64,000 bases of DNA, taken from positions 47,616,001 to 47,680,000 of the forward strand of contig NC_042999.1 in assembly GCF_006345805.1 (NCBI RefSeq). The letters are read 5' to 3'. Made by a program: the position numbers and the translations under genes. How positions within the stretch are numbered: the first letter of the stretch is position 1; every line of letters starts with the position of its first letter. Source of the stretch: Octopus sinensis. Taxonomy: Eukaryota. The notes under the pieces are model-generated. The model was not told the DNA's origin. It worked only from the letters and a program-made list of their open reading frames with translations, and searched no databases. This document shows, piece after piece, positions 42,330 through 55,391 of this stretch.

Positions 42330-43594
42330 AGTACATATTTGTGTGTGGTGTGTAAGCTCATGTAACTCTGAATGCGGTTACGTGTTTGTGTGCACATTAT
42401 GTATTGAAATTATCTCAGTGATGGTATTTTACCAGATGTGAATAATTGAACGTATATATTAAAAACTGATGTCAAATTATATGTTTCAAATATGCCATTC
42501 ATAACAGATACATAAAATTTCATACGCATTTTTATCATCGCGCATGCTTAAATACATACATGCATACACACATACATATTGTATATATATAATTATTCAG
42601 AACAAAATATTATATCTGCATATGTTATATTGATCGATTCTTTAAAAACCACGTTTAAGTGTGCTTCAGCTTAAGTCATATATATTATATATGCATGTGT
42701 GCGAGTGCTTAAGTTCGCTAAACATTTATATGCTTACTTGTATGCCTAAATGTATGTGCGCGCGACGATGTATGAACTTTTATTACGCGTATGTAAAATA
42801 TGTCATGACATCCAACCAAATCTACACCTGCCATCATAAATGGATGCAGAATTGTATCTGTGTGCGATATTCACACGTTCCATGCATAATATATTTCACT
42901 AATTTCGGTATTTAATATTTCTGAGGAATTGGATTCTGTTAACGATGCAAATGTCAGATCAGGTATTAGCCACTATTACTAGAGATTTTATTGGAAAATA
43001 AATTACAACTGTAGCAGATTGTTGAGCTTCTCATAAAATAAATAAAAAAAACGTCCTTATAAAGATAATGTAGCAAATAATAACCAAAAATAAAATTATA
43101 ATAATAATAATAATACAGTATTAAACAGATACGCAAACACAAAACCGCGCATACAGGCGTGAACAATTCTTTCTTTAATGACAATTAGTACTAGCGAAAA
43201 ATCTAATGAGATTTCAAAACTATCTTTTACATCTCACAAATATTCAAATTTTGCTTGATATTGTACAAGTTACTATTGACCCAGATACTCAAATTTTTTT
43301 CTCGAAACTGGTGTTTTAAATTTAGAAATAAAATTTTATAGCGGCTTACAATTTTTTAAAGACAGTATTTTTACATCGATAAAAACTAAGATCAATGTTA
43401 ACAAAAGAAATACACAGATAAGGAAATATAAAAGAAATGTTTATAACACATGAAAGTAAGTTAATCTCTCTCTCTCTCTCCCCTCTTTCTCCCTCTCTGA
43501 TAGATAATACATTGAAACGTAAGTAGCTACACACGCATACACATATGCGCATATATATATATATATCTATGTATATATAATGTAATATATATGT

Positions 43595-43658
<64 letters not shown>

Positions 43659-43777
43659 CAAAAATCAAGGAACGGCCATAATAGGCCATTCACCCACTAG
43701 AAATAACAGCCAAAGCTTCAACCGCAATAAAGATTAATTCCGTAAACAGGAGAAAATTTAAAAAAATTTACCCTGTA

Positions 43778-43881
43778 ATTTCTTGTACGATCACCGTTTC
43801 ATCTGCTGTTAATGGTAAACTAACCTGATTAAATTAATCAAGCCAATCTTCCATAGGCCCTTAGATTCTTCAGCAAGAAAT
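43778..43881 (-). ncRNA. Type I hammerhead ribozyme, array 1 left arm
   Basis: Minus: ATTTCTTG-CTGAAGA-ATCTA...CAGAT-GAAAC-GGTGATC-GT-A-CAAGAAAT. Confidence 0.8.
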
Positions 43882-44637
43882 AGCCAATCGGACATATTTC
43901 ACGAGGCATTTCAGACCCTGCCAAGTAATATCTGCCTAAAATTTTCAAATCGTCGCACTCGCCCAAATTTATCGGCAGCAGCAATAAATATAAGCCGTCG
44001 ATTCCATTACGGATTAACCAGAAATTCATAATTATCATATAGGGTGGCCAAAAAAATTTGTAGAATTCTTTTGCCACCAGCGGCCTATTGGGAAAAATTA
44101 AATAGTCATAGACCATTTTAAGTTCAACATCAACAATCAAGGACGGCCATAATAGGCCATTCCCCACCTAGAAATAACAGCCAAAGCTCAACCGCAATAA
44201 TATTAATTCCGTAAACAGGAGAAAATTTAAAAAAACATTTACCCTGTAATTTCAGGGTAATGTTTTTTTAAATTTTCTCCTGTTTACGGAATTAATCTTT
44301 ATTTGCGGTTGAAGCTTTGGCTGTTATTTCTAGTGGGTGAATGGCCTATTATGGCCGTTCCTTGATTGTTGATGTTGAACTTAAAATGTTCTATGACTAT
44401 TTAATTTTTTCCCACTGAGGCCGCTGTGGCAAAAGGAATTCTACAAAATTTTTTTTTTGCGACCCTATATTGATTAATTATGATTTTTGGTTAATTTCCG
44501 TAATGGAATCGACGGCTTATATTTATTTGGCTGCCGATAAATTTGGCGCGAGTGCGACGATTGAAAATGAAAATTTAGGTCAGATATTACCTTGGCAGGG
44601 TCTAAATGCCTCGTGAAAATATCTGTTCGACTTGGCT

Positions 44638-44742
44638 ATTTCTTGCTGAAGAATCTGAGGGCCATGGAAGATTGGCTTGATTTAATTTAATCAGGTTAGT
44701 TTCCATTAAACAGCAGATGAAACGGTGCATCGTACAAGAAAT
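44638..44742 (+). ncRNA. Type I hammerhead ribozyme, array 1 right arm
   Basis: Stem I ATTTCTTG/CAAGAAAT (8 bp), CTGAAGA 44646-44652, stem II ATCTG/CAGAT enclosing ATGGAA/TTCCAT and CTTGATT/AATCAGG, GAAA 44719-44722, stem III ACG/CGT, GUA at 44732-44734. Confidence 0.85.
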
Positions 44743-45002
44743 TACAGGTAAATGTTTTTTTAAATTTTCTCCTGTTTACGGAATTAATCTTTATTTGCGG
44801 TTGAAGCTTTGGCTGTTATTTCTAGTGGGTGAATGGCCTATTATGGCCGTTCCTTGATTGTTGATGTTGAACTTAAAAATGGTCTATGACTATTTAATTT
44901 TTTCCCACTAGGCGCTGGTGGCAAAAGGAATTCTACAAAATTTTTTTTTGGCACCCTATATTGATTAAATATATATAATATATATATATATATTATATAT
45001 AT

Positions 45003-45054
<52 letters not shown>

Positions 45055-45246
45055 AATCCTTAATCCTTATAAATGGTTCAGCCCGAAAACTGCGGCCTGC
45101 TGGGGCACCACCGTTGACTGTGCTACACTAGTAGTGAAACCACCTCTGTTACGTGGCGCTTGTCACAAGGAGTTCAATGCCGCTGACCGCATCTTGCTTC
45201 CTGCCAAGAGGTAGGTTCATCTGCAACCCCTGTCAAGAAGAGATCG

Positions 45247-45331
45247 AGTACTAACGAATTGAAAACATACGAATGAAGATGACAGGGGAGGATGCGGAGC
45301 CTCATTCGTATGTTTTGAATTCGTTAGTACT
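45247..45331. repeat. 30-bp stem hairpin with 25-nt loop
   Basis: AGTACTAACGAATTGAAAACATACGAATGA versus TCATTCGTATGTTTTGAATTCGTTAGTACT, one mismatch. Confidence 0.9.
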
Positions 45332-45994
45332 GGATGTCGAGGCTGGTTTGTCTGAGGTTACTCAAATCAGATGGATATGTTCGAGTTTTAGTGCTCTCAA
45401 ATTCAAATTTAATGAAATCTTTGTGCTGATGACGGGAATGTTAGAATAGAGATGTATTTCTTACATCTCTATATCTGATTAACTCAGAAGCACGTTTAAA
45501 AGTAATTAAATTTCCAGTGAACTTTCGTTATTTTTCCCTCTATGCCTACGTGAATTGTTTTTTGAGTATACGTTGTCTGGGAGACTCTTCTTATAGTAGA
45601 AGAAATAGCTAAATTCTTTGGCTGCTATTTCTAAAAGTTCGGTATTTGGTAAACCAAATTTTTTTTTGCTGAACCCTAATTATATGAAGTAATGTACAAA
45701 TTTACCGTAAATGGTCCTTTTACATGCTGAACACTGCTTGGTAAAATTATTAATTACTCATTAATTAATAATTTTGCCCTTTATTATCATTGAATATATA
45801 TATATATAATATATATCTATAATATGTATATATATATATATATATATATACCTAAACATATATGTACATATAATTATATATATATATCTCTCTATATTAT
45901 ATACAATATGCTCTCTCTGTATCTATCTCTCTATCTATCCATCTATTTACCTATCTATCTATCTACCATCTTTTACCTATCTATCTATCTATCC

Positions 45995-46044
<50 letters not shown>

Positions 46045-46055
46045 TTATCTATCTA

Positions 46056-46130
<75 letters not shown>

Positions 46131-46167
46131 TGTGTGTGGTGTGTGTGTGTGTGATGTGTGTGTGTGT

Positions 46168-46450
46168 GGAGGTCTAGTGGTTAGGGCAGCGGATTCGCGA
46201 TCGTAGAATCACGGTTTCGATTCCAGACGGGCGTTGTGAGTGTTTATTGAGCAATAACACAACGAGGCTCCGGCAGGGGTGATGGCGATCCCTGCTGTAC
46301 TGTTTCACCACAACTTTCTCTAACTCTTTCTTCTGTTGGCCTGCTCGTTTAGCCAGCGGGGTGGCGGCAATTGAAGGCTAAAACAATGCGAAGCGCATTG
46401 TGACCAGCGATGTTTAGCAACATCTGATAGCCTGGTCAGTCACGGTGATC
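46168..46450 (+). mobile_element. SINE with family D head and body but a different 3' tail
   Basis: Matches family D to ~46335, then GCCAGCGGGGTGG...AATGCGAAGCGCATTGTGACCAGCG...GTCACGGTGATC. Confidence 0.8.
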
Positions 46451-47146
46451 AGAGGGATATGTATGTATGTATGTTTGTATAACATTTTCGATGCAGTGTA
46501 ATCATATTAAAAATAGTACATTAAAAACTTATAGCGTGCCGCTTTGAATTTGAAATAGAGACATACCATGAATTCAAACTCTCAGACAACATTTCAAATA
46601 TCAATATGCAAGCCTTAATTTTATAATATACAATTATATATTCCACTTCTGACAGATAATATTTTACAACGGTAGTACCCCACCATGACCACAGCTTTAA
46701 AACTAAAACATTATACATACATATCTTATATATATATGTGTGTGTGTGTGTATGGGTGTTTGCATGTGTGTGTATGCACACGCATACACAGGTCGATAGA
46801 TAGATAGATATCGATATAGATGTATATTGTTTCATGTTTCCATTTAATTCAAAAATAAATATTAATATTTGTGAAATATTTTGGTATAAAACAAGCGTAA
46901 ACTGAGAAGAAATCCTCTGGTATTGATTTTAGTTTTGTTTATTCATAATAGAAAATTGAATGGTGCCATCATACATTCAACTTTCTTGAGATTTTGTACT
47001 ATTTCAGTTAGCATTTAACCTCCATCGTATCACATCACATTAGATGAATAACACTTCAGTGGAAAATTTATATTCTGATGTACGTCCAGAAATATTTTGA
47101 CCGTCTATTTCATACATTGACCCATTCAATCCCTCAAGACCCTCAC

Positions 47147-47272
47147 CTTGGATTTTAATTCCATATTTATAATAGATCATTTCAAAATAACTTTTGAATG
47201 TTTTGTTGTTAATCGTCTCAATTCTCATAAATACTTTTCGGTATAATCTGATATTTTCGCTGAATTTTAAGC
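47147..47272 (-). CDS. Candidate 126-nt exon, (G)LKFSENIRLYRKVFMRIETINNKTFKSYFEMIYYKYGIKIQ(G), product unknown
   Basis: Acceptor CTTCACGCAG, donor AAG|GTGAGG, open frame, phase 1-1, in phase with the upstream candidate. Confidence 0.3.
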
Positions 47273-47507
47273 CTGCGTGAAGTTTGATTCTAATCACTAA
47301 ATTATGATACCCATTATATTTTCTGCGCAATTATATTCTGTACTTTCGTAGAGGAAGAGAAATCTTCCCGCAGATCAAAGCTGGAACTATATTTATTTAC
47401 CATCGTTCTTCCTTTCACTTCCTACGATATACACATTGGCATTTTGACATTGTCTTCATAGTAAATGCTATATATCCACATGCCTGAATGATTTTTGCAA
47501 CTCTTAC

Positions 47508-47587
47508 CTTTCCCAATGACTTCGATATTTCTATCACAATCTTGTAAACAAAACTTTGCATATACGAGATGCGCTGTGCAATTCATT
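47508..47587 (-). CDS. Candidate exon MNCTAHLVYAKFCLQDCDRNIEVIGK(G), product unknown
   Basis: Donor AAG|GTAAGA, open frame; joins in phase to the 47272 acceptor across a ~235-nt intron. Confidence 0.25.
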
Positions 47588-47815
47588 CTTTGATACAAAA
47601 CAAAGTAGATGCTTTAGTACAGCTCGCCTAATGTTCGCAGTAATGTACGGTGCTAAATAACGCGCACGTCTGATGGATTTTGTTTCAAAACTGAACAGAT
47701 CCACCGGGAACGTTTTACTTATAACAAACGTATTTTGACTGACCATTTCCCTTTGACGTCCGACATAAAAATGGAACTGAAAAGTTATAGCGATTAAGTA
47801 ATCGAACCGTGATAC

Positions 47816-47827
47816 TGACGTCACGTG
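47816..47827. promoter_or_regulatory. Overlapping CRE (TGACGTCA) and E-box (CACGTG)
   Basis: TGACGTCACGTG read directly; function inferred only. Confidence 0.3.
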
Positions 47828-50800
47828 TTCTGTTCACCGCCAGGGATCAAACGCCTGCTTTTACTCGTTTGTAATAATTATAGTTATTAATAAAATTATC
47901 ACAAACGAAAATTTCAAATTTTCCTGCCAGACGTTGTACACGTGTTCACAGATTTTCTTATTTCTATTGTCATCGTCCTACTTTTACTTCTTAATCTCTC
48001 TAAATTACACCTCATAATATGGTACACTGAAACAAAATATTCGGTGTGTGCGCCCTGGACTATACTGGACTGTGATTTCATACAGTCTCCGATCAAGTCA
48101 GAACGAATTCAGCTGTTCTCGTTATATCTGTATTTTGGTGCCTCCTTTCACAGAATGACGTTTTATAAATCACCGCTGTCTTATATTGTAAAGAAAAAAA
48201 ATTAATTAAAACATTATGTTAAGCATACAAAACCTATCCAATATTGTCCATCTTTCCCAAATGTTATTCCATCAGACATGAACCTCATTTGTGCATATTT
48301 AGCTTGAAATGAGCGCCCTTAATTTTGTTTATTTTATTTTGTTTATGGAAATACATATAGGATTTATACAACACATTATATCGCACATTGATGCATATTC
48401 ACACGTTACTATTAACTTATAACTCAAAATCTAATCATATTCTACTCGCACCGATTTCAATGAAAATGTGTTATACTCTAAGAAATATCATGACGCCTGC
48501 AAAAAACCCAGAACTTCTCATTCTTGACTGTAACATCTTCCAATCTATTGCGAGCTCACTAATATTCCCATGCAAAATGACGCCAATTTGAAGAACCAGT
48601 GATGTAGGGGAACATCCTAATTTCAAGTATGCCTTTCAGTAAACGTTCCGGGTAGACGCTTTAATCACAATACTGAATAACCATATAATTTAGATTCAAA
48701 TATTGCCATCACTATAAAATGGTTAAAATCGCCAGAACGATCTAATCTCTTTAAATCAGACATATTATGTATCACTGATCAAACAAAAAAGTGTTTTCGA
48801 TAAAGACTGGAATTACTATTTATATATTTCTCGCCATCTTATTGAACATTATCTTGTTTTACATACAAGGCATTGAAGTTAGATAAAAACAAATTAATTT
48901 CTCACATCAGGGCGGGTGATATCAGTTGCATGAACTTCGTGATCAAAGATATTTATCGAAATGTGACTGGCGCCAGTAATGTCAATGGCTAACAAATTTA
49001 GAAGTGTGACGATCGTGTTTTTAATTATAACAATTCGTATGAAAACGGATTATCTACGAATACAAATCAAAAGACTCAAAAATCTCAATTTTCCAATCTT
49101 TTCTTTGCTGCTTACGCTTAAAAAATTAACGCAAGAGAAGCATCATGCATGTTTTAGATAAAATGTTTGATATAATTTCTATAAGTTAATAGGTCGCAGT
49201 AATAAATTACATAATATTCCTTGAAGAAGGAGGGTTGGAATTTTGATATATTACTACTGCAAATAAGAATCTAAATGGAATCTAAATTATAAGAAAAAAT
49301 ATTAAATTAAATAGGTAAATTTTTATGAGTTATGAGAATATTTTCTTTCTCTTCTCAATATGAGCTTGTTTCATATGCGTATTTTCTTTCAAAATTTATT
49401 TTAATTTTTACATTTATGCAAATGAAAGTTGCCAATGATAGTGGCAAGTCTCTTTTCTTTAAGTCAAGAAAGCTTTTGTGGTTTGTAGTTGTATGTGGTT
49501 TGCATATATGTATGTATATTCTTATTAATGTATGTAAGTTTAACATGCAGATAGAAACAATTTGCAATTATTTTGTATTTTACTGCATCCATTCTCCCCA
49601 ACAAACGGCTTTACACTTAACTTTCAGTACTTTATTACTATTGAGATGAGATAAGGATGTGCAACGCTTATATCATCTACAGACACAATCACAGACAGTA
49701 ACAGAATTTGAAAGAATATATTAAGTAAGTAGTCGATACAGTGCTGCATTGCAGTTGTGTAGGGGAAATGTACAGGAATTTTCTCCATCATTCTGTGAAA
49801 AAGATTAGTTGAAGATGCTAAGTTTGATAAGAAATATTTTTCGCCGAACGTAAATCCAGCTCATTAATTGCTAGAACAAAATTATCGTTGTGAACGCGCA
49901 TGAATCGTATATTGTTGAATATAAAAAAAGAGTATACACAAGTAGATCTTGTGATTAATTAGCCAACGGTCAACCTGCATTGATTTCTTCATTTAATATA
50001 AGCAAGCATGCTTCTAGATTAAAATAAAGATATAGATGTACAGCTCATTTAATTTATAAGAACAGAAAAAGACACTTTTGTTTGTATTCCACTTCCTGAT
50101 GCTTTCTGTTATTTTAATGTGTTTTTTTTTTGAAGTCTTAACAGAAATTGTGCGATATAATAATACTGAACCTATCCTTGAAATTAATTGGCAAACAAAA
50201 TTGCATTTGTACTCTGTGCTAATACTAATTTATTGTGACAATATAAAAGAAATGATCAACATATTTTCCTCCTTTACAACACCTAAATTTTTCTTTTCTT
50301 TGACAGTTATTCTTAGAGAAAACACAAAACTCGTTGATCTGGCAATAATATTTCGCTATTATTGCTTATTATAATACATACGTTCATTGCATAGATACTT
50401 ATTACTTAATAGTTAACATCATTTCTCAATATACACAGGCAGCACAAAAATAAAGATTCCCTCAGTTTGTAAGTAATAAGCGAAGTTCTCCAAAATATTG
50501 AGGAGCTTGATTTCATTTTATCCTCTGCAGCATATTGAAAGAGGGCTATGATCCGGTGCCTGAAATTGCTCTCGGTATATTAGTGCAGTAGAGGAATATT
50601 ATTTTCCTAAACATATCATAGAAATAGTGGTTATACAGGCATGAAACTCAGAATAAATTTCTTCGAGAGAGAAAAAATAGAGGAGCACAATCAATTTCCA
50701 ACGGTACTGGCGATATGATGAAAGAATATCTTAGTAGCACCATTGTTAACTTAGGAAAACTGATTTAATTCACTCTTCTATACACCTATGTTGATTATTC

Positions 50801-51639
50801 TTCTACTTCTAGGAATACCGGCTTGATCATGTGCCTTAATCTACAGCTTTCCAGTTGTCGTTTCAGTATCGTGGGCCCTTACCTCTTGCAACTATCTAAT
50901 AAATCAGAAACATGCGAGAAATATTAGATCATATAAAATTAAAATCTTACCTAAATATTTTAAAACAATAATGATAAGCATTTCATCATCAACTACGCCA
51001 TCCTATAGTAAAGTAGAATATAAAACTAGTGGTGTTCTGCCTTGGCAAAAGATAATGTAAAGAATTGAAGCAATGAAATATAGTTGAACATCTTAGGAAA
51101 ATAAAGGCGTTTAATGCTTCTGAAATACTCTTATCTGTCGATCGAATGATTTACCTGAAACATTGCAGTTGCTGCCTTGCGGCTTAAGATATATTTCACT
51201 GTTTGAATTATTTATATAGTCTTTTACCTGAAATCACGAGAGAAGATCATAGTTGGAAAGCTTTTGATCAGAATCCTCCTTAATCAGAGCTGATATAACT
51301 GTAAACAACAATAGAAATATCAGCTACAATCTCCTACACCATCTTACTTCTTATTCCCAAACATCCCACCGTTCTGGAATTATCAAAATCTGTGTGCTAG
51401 ATGATTGAAAGAAAGGATTGCCATGCTTCATATCGTATTCATTGTGGCACTTAGTCATTACGTTTTATGTTCTAATAGCTAATCTTACCGAGTTAACTTT
51501 GCATTTCTTCCACAATGTTAGTAAAATATCAGTCAAGTATTAAAGATTATGTCACCCTACCGCAAATTTGAGATATTTTACCAAGTATACAAGTTACTTG
51601 TAGTATCTGAAATCAAAGCTTAACATAAAATTCATAAAC

Positions 51640-52060
51640 ATGAAACATCTGTTTTATAACATGCTTAGTTCTGTCGTGATACAGCTTATCTCCATATTGG
51701 CCCGTTTTGAGCGCATTACACATCAGTCATTCCAGCTATTAGATTACCGTAATCATGTTGTCAATATGCTTCACCGTAATCAAGGCATACTATCAAAATG
51801 TTGTCGGTATGTCTTCGTTCTGCCTCAGCTTCTGGTCACCATGCTACCACCATACCTTCCACATGCTTTATGTGTACCTTAACCATGCCCTTACCATTTT
51901 CGTTAGAATACCATTAGCATGAAACCAGCATACACATACAATGCCATTAGCCTACTATTACTATGCTATGAGCAAAGGTTGACCTTGTTTTCAGTAATGA
52001 CTGTTCATGGCTTCACCATGTCTTTAGAATGCGGTCAGTAATCCGTCTTTGCCTTCATTA
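51640..52060 (-). mobile_element. Heavily degraded RTE-like LINE 3' region
   Basis: Minus-strand remnants VEG...RRHTDNI...AQNGPIWR resemble the RTE C-terminal RGR..W.DNI / R..WR motifs. Confidence 0.35.
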
Positions 52061-53189
52061 TTTCAGTCCTTGTATACACATTTTATAGACTAATTTTTTT
52101 CTTGCAGATTAGGCAAGAGCTTACATAAATCCTTGTTGGGGAGCAACGGAAGTTCATTATTTTCCTTTATTTTTAAGCGCTGCCGGGATTAACTTCGTCT
52201 GTACTACGCAATCACTTATTTCGTTCCAAATGACAGTTTTTCTCCTAGAAACTTTAGCTTTTCAACAGATGAAAATTACGTTATAATATACTCTCGACTG
52301 AATATCGGTATAGTTTTATTATAGCATATTTAAAATGTTATTACATTATATACATGACTACTTTTAAAATGTATAAGTGATTTCACTTATGTAAATTCAT
52401 GACAGAAGTGAATTAATTTTCCACTTGGCTCACTATTTCATTTGTATTGCAACATTAAGACTTTCATTTACACCCTCATATAAAATGCGCTAAAATGTAG
52501 CTGTACCTGGAGACATACACAGTAGCAATTAGTAAATAACAATTGACGGTTGTGCCTTGCTTCAATACTATTACGGACAACTTTCGTGTGTCTAGTATGT
52601 AAGATAAATGATTTATACGCCGGACAGATACAACAAATTCTTTTCCACTTTATTTGGGAAAGGAACATGTCTTTGGAGGTTCAGTTGCTTGTCATTATCA
52701 AAACTTTCTGAATGTGAATGATCGCCGCACGTATGGCTATAGCGGTATAACTTAATCTCAGTAAAGACCATAAAGATGAGGAATACAACAGAGAGAGAGA
52801 GGAATCGTAATTGACAGCGTGAGTAAAATAGGGAATATGTGTAGTTCCCTGAAAGAACCTATACAGCTCAACTCACTATATAATCGAGATTCATTTCATT
52901 TCTGTGATGCAACAGCTTAAATTTCAATGACGATGTTCTACAAATTGAATAAACTCATTCTGTTTTACTTCACATTTGTACAGTATTCTAAAGTGCTGTC
53001 CTATTGGTAAATGAAGATAATCTTATCTATGATATAAATTGTTTGGACAAGATTTGACAGTTTTCAAACAAGGAAAACAAAACACTATATCACATCTAAA
53101 AATAAAAATATCTTTAAAAATTGGAAAATATAAACTAGGTTATCATTGGGAGTTAATATTTTACTTAATGTACTCGACCTCAGCCTGCA

Positions 53190-53480
53190 CCTCCACCACC
53201 AACTCAAGTCGGTTCCGGGCCGTGTTGCATGTGTTCTTTCCCATTTACCTGGACGATCTTGGCTATCAACTTGGCAATGGTGTTTCAGGTTGGGAAGGTG
53301 GTGCATTTCTCAACAGTGCCCCGCGCATAGTAACCCATGATACTATTATCAAAGGTATAAGTGCCCAGAAGTTTGAGGCATGTGAAGTTTTAAAAATTTC
53401 CCGACAACCATTTCTGACTCTTTCCGTAAGTATGGTAAATAGTGAAATCAAGATGCCACACGTATGGCCTTCCAGGAAGA
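53190..53480 (+). pseudogene. Possible degenerate non-LTR reverse transcriptase fragment
   Basis: SVPG..CVLS in one frame and PIYLDDL in the adjacent frame resemble the QG.VLSP.LF.IY.DDL motif; GC higher than flanks; no intact YADD. Confidence 0.3.
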
Positions 53481-54361
53481 AACCCATCTAACAACGAACT
53501 GGCCAGAATCCAAAACAGCTTCACATAATCGTCTGAATTGAGCCTAAATTACTGTTTAAAGGTATAGCACTGAACACCGGGATGCGAGTGAAGTCAGTAT
53601 TCTATAAAATAAAGTTGCGAGTATTTCAAAATATGCATTCGATCGGCATTCGATCGACGACATCAGAAGACCAATATCCATCGACCTGGGGCTTAGCGTC
53701 TATTTCTAGCCGACGCCTTGTTATAATTATTTTTAAATAATTTTATTTATAGTTATAAAATAATTTCGAAAATGTACCTATGAGGTATTTATTTCTGGTA
53801 GTATTATAATTGATTTTACACCATGTCAAAATTAATATTTGAATAGATTTACTCCACGATCGAAACTACTTTTACTGCAGTCTAGATCTTAACATACAAC
53901 ACGTGGGTACAAAAAGGGGATGTGAATTATACATGGCGGGATATTTTTGAGAGTGTGAGTGGATATTGGCCATCCGATGTCGCCGATCGTATGCATATTT
54001 TAAAATACTCGCAAATTTATCTTATAGAATACTTCTGCTGATGATACCAATAAGTGAAATATATAAATTATACTTCTAGCTTGAAATTCGATCGGGTACG
54101 GAGTTAACCAACTTTGTTGATTCATTCTTTCTCTTTTGCTTACCTACAATATGATGTGTTATTTGTCGGAGATTTTAAGCTGGTAATAGACGCTTTAGCT
54201 TTTATTCCTAGCGGTCCGTGGTGATGTGTAATGCCGACACCTTGTTATAATTATCTATATAATCATAAAATATTTTATAAAATGTACCTATGTAGATTGT
54301 AGATTTTATTTCAGCACTGACTACCTGGTAAGTTCATTACTGATTTTGATCTCTCTCTCTC

Positions 54362-54411
<50 letters not shown>

Positions 54412-54509
54412 TAAGGGCTCCTAAATAAAGATGCCGAGTGCTGGGAACACAAAAAGGGGATGAATTTATCGAGAGTGAAAATCAAAAACGTTTACCGATA
54501 ACTTTAACA

Positions 54510-54581
54510 GCTGATGAAGCTGGCCTTAGCAAACATATTCTGTGTTTTGCTAGAAAGAAGCAGAAACCGCGGTACGAGTTG
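54510..54581 (+). ncRNA. Hammerhead core of first unit, stem I 5' strand replaced by the inversion junction
   Basis: G-CTGATGA...GAAACCGCGGTA-CGAGTTG; lacks CAACTC upstream. Confidence 0.6.
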
Positions 54582-54948
54582 TTAAAGTTATCGGTAAACG
54601 TTTTTGATTTTCACTCTCGATAAATTCATCCCCTTTTTGTGTTCCCAGCACTCGGCATCTTTATTTAGGAGCCCTTAATTGTATAACTACATGAATAATA
54701 TTTTTCTATATGAATAATATTTTTGTCTTATGACTAATTCGTCTTTTGTGCTGGGCACCTGGTAGTAAATAATATTACTACCCTTCTTGTTTATATTCGC
54801 ATACTACATGATGAATTTATTCGTAAAATTCTTCCCGGCATGCCCGCGTAAATTTTGCGTCTGCGCAGAGATTTGAAAAGTTAAGATCTGCTAGTAGTCG
54901 GGTTTAACGTATAGCCCCACATCGCTGCAGACCTCGATTAAATTCAGG

Positions 54949-55026
54949 CAACTCGCTGATGAAGCTGGCCTTAGCAAACATATTCTGTGTTTTGCTAGAA
55001 AGAAGCAGAAACCGCGGTACGAGTTG
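54949..55026 (+). ncRNA. Type I hammerhead ribozyme, array 2 unit 2
   Basis: Stem I CAACTCG/CGAGTTG (7 bp), CTGATGA, stem II GCT/AGC with inner TAGCAAA/TTTGCTA, GAAA 55008-55011, palindrome ACCGCGGT, GUA with cleavage after 55019. Confidence 0.88.
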
Positions 55027-55391
55027 TTAAAGTTATCGGTAAACGTTTTTGATTTTCACTCTCGATAAATTCATCCCCTTTTTGTGTTCCCAGCACTCGG
55101 CATCTTTATTTAGGAGCCCTTAATTGTATAACTACATGAATAATATTTTTCTATATGAATAATATTTTTGTCTTATGACTAATTCGTCTTTTGTGCTGGG
55201 CACCTGGTAGTAAATAATATTACTACCCTTCTTGTTTATATTCGCATACTACATGATGAATTTATTCGTAAAATTCTTCCCGCATGCCCGCGTAAATTTT
55301 GCGTCTGCGCAGAGATTTGAAAAGTTAAGATCTGCTAGTAGTCGGGTTAACGTATAGCCCCACATCGCTGCAGACCTCGATTAAATTCAGG

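Larger units (their letters stand above)
43659..44968. mobile_element. Hammerhead-bearing ~470-490-bp tandem/inverted repeat array in (TA)n (retrozyme-like or Penelope pLTR-derived)
   Basis: About 1.2 units on the minus strand (43659-44246) and 1.5 units on the plus strand (44253-44968) joined head to head at CCCTG-TAATTT-CAGGG. Confidence 0.85.
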
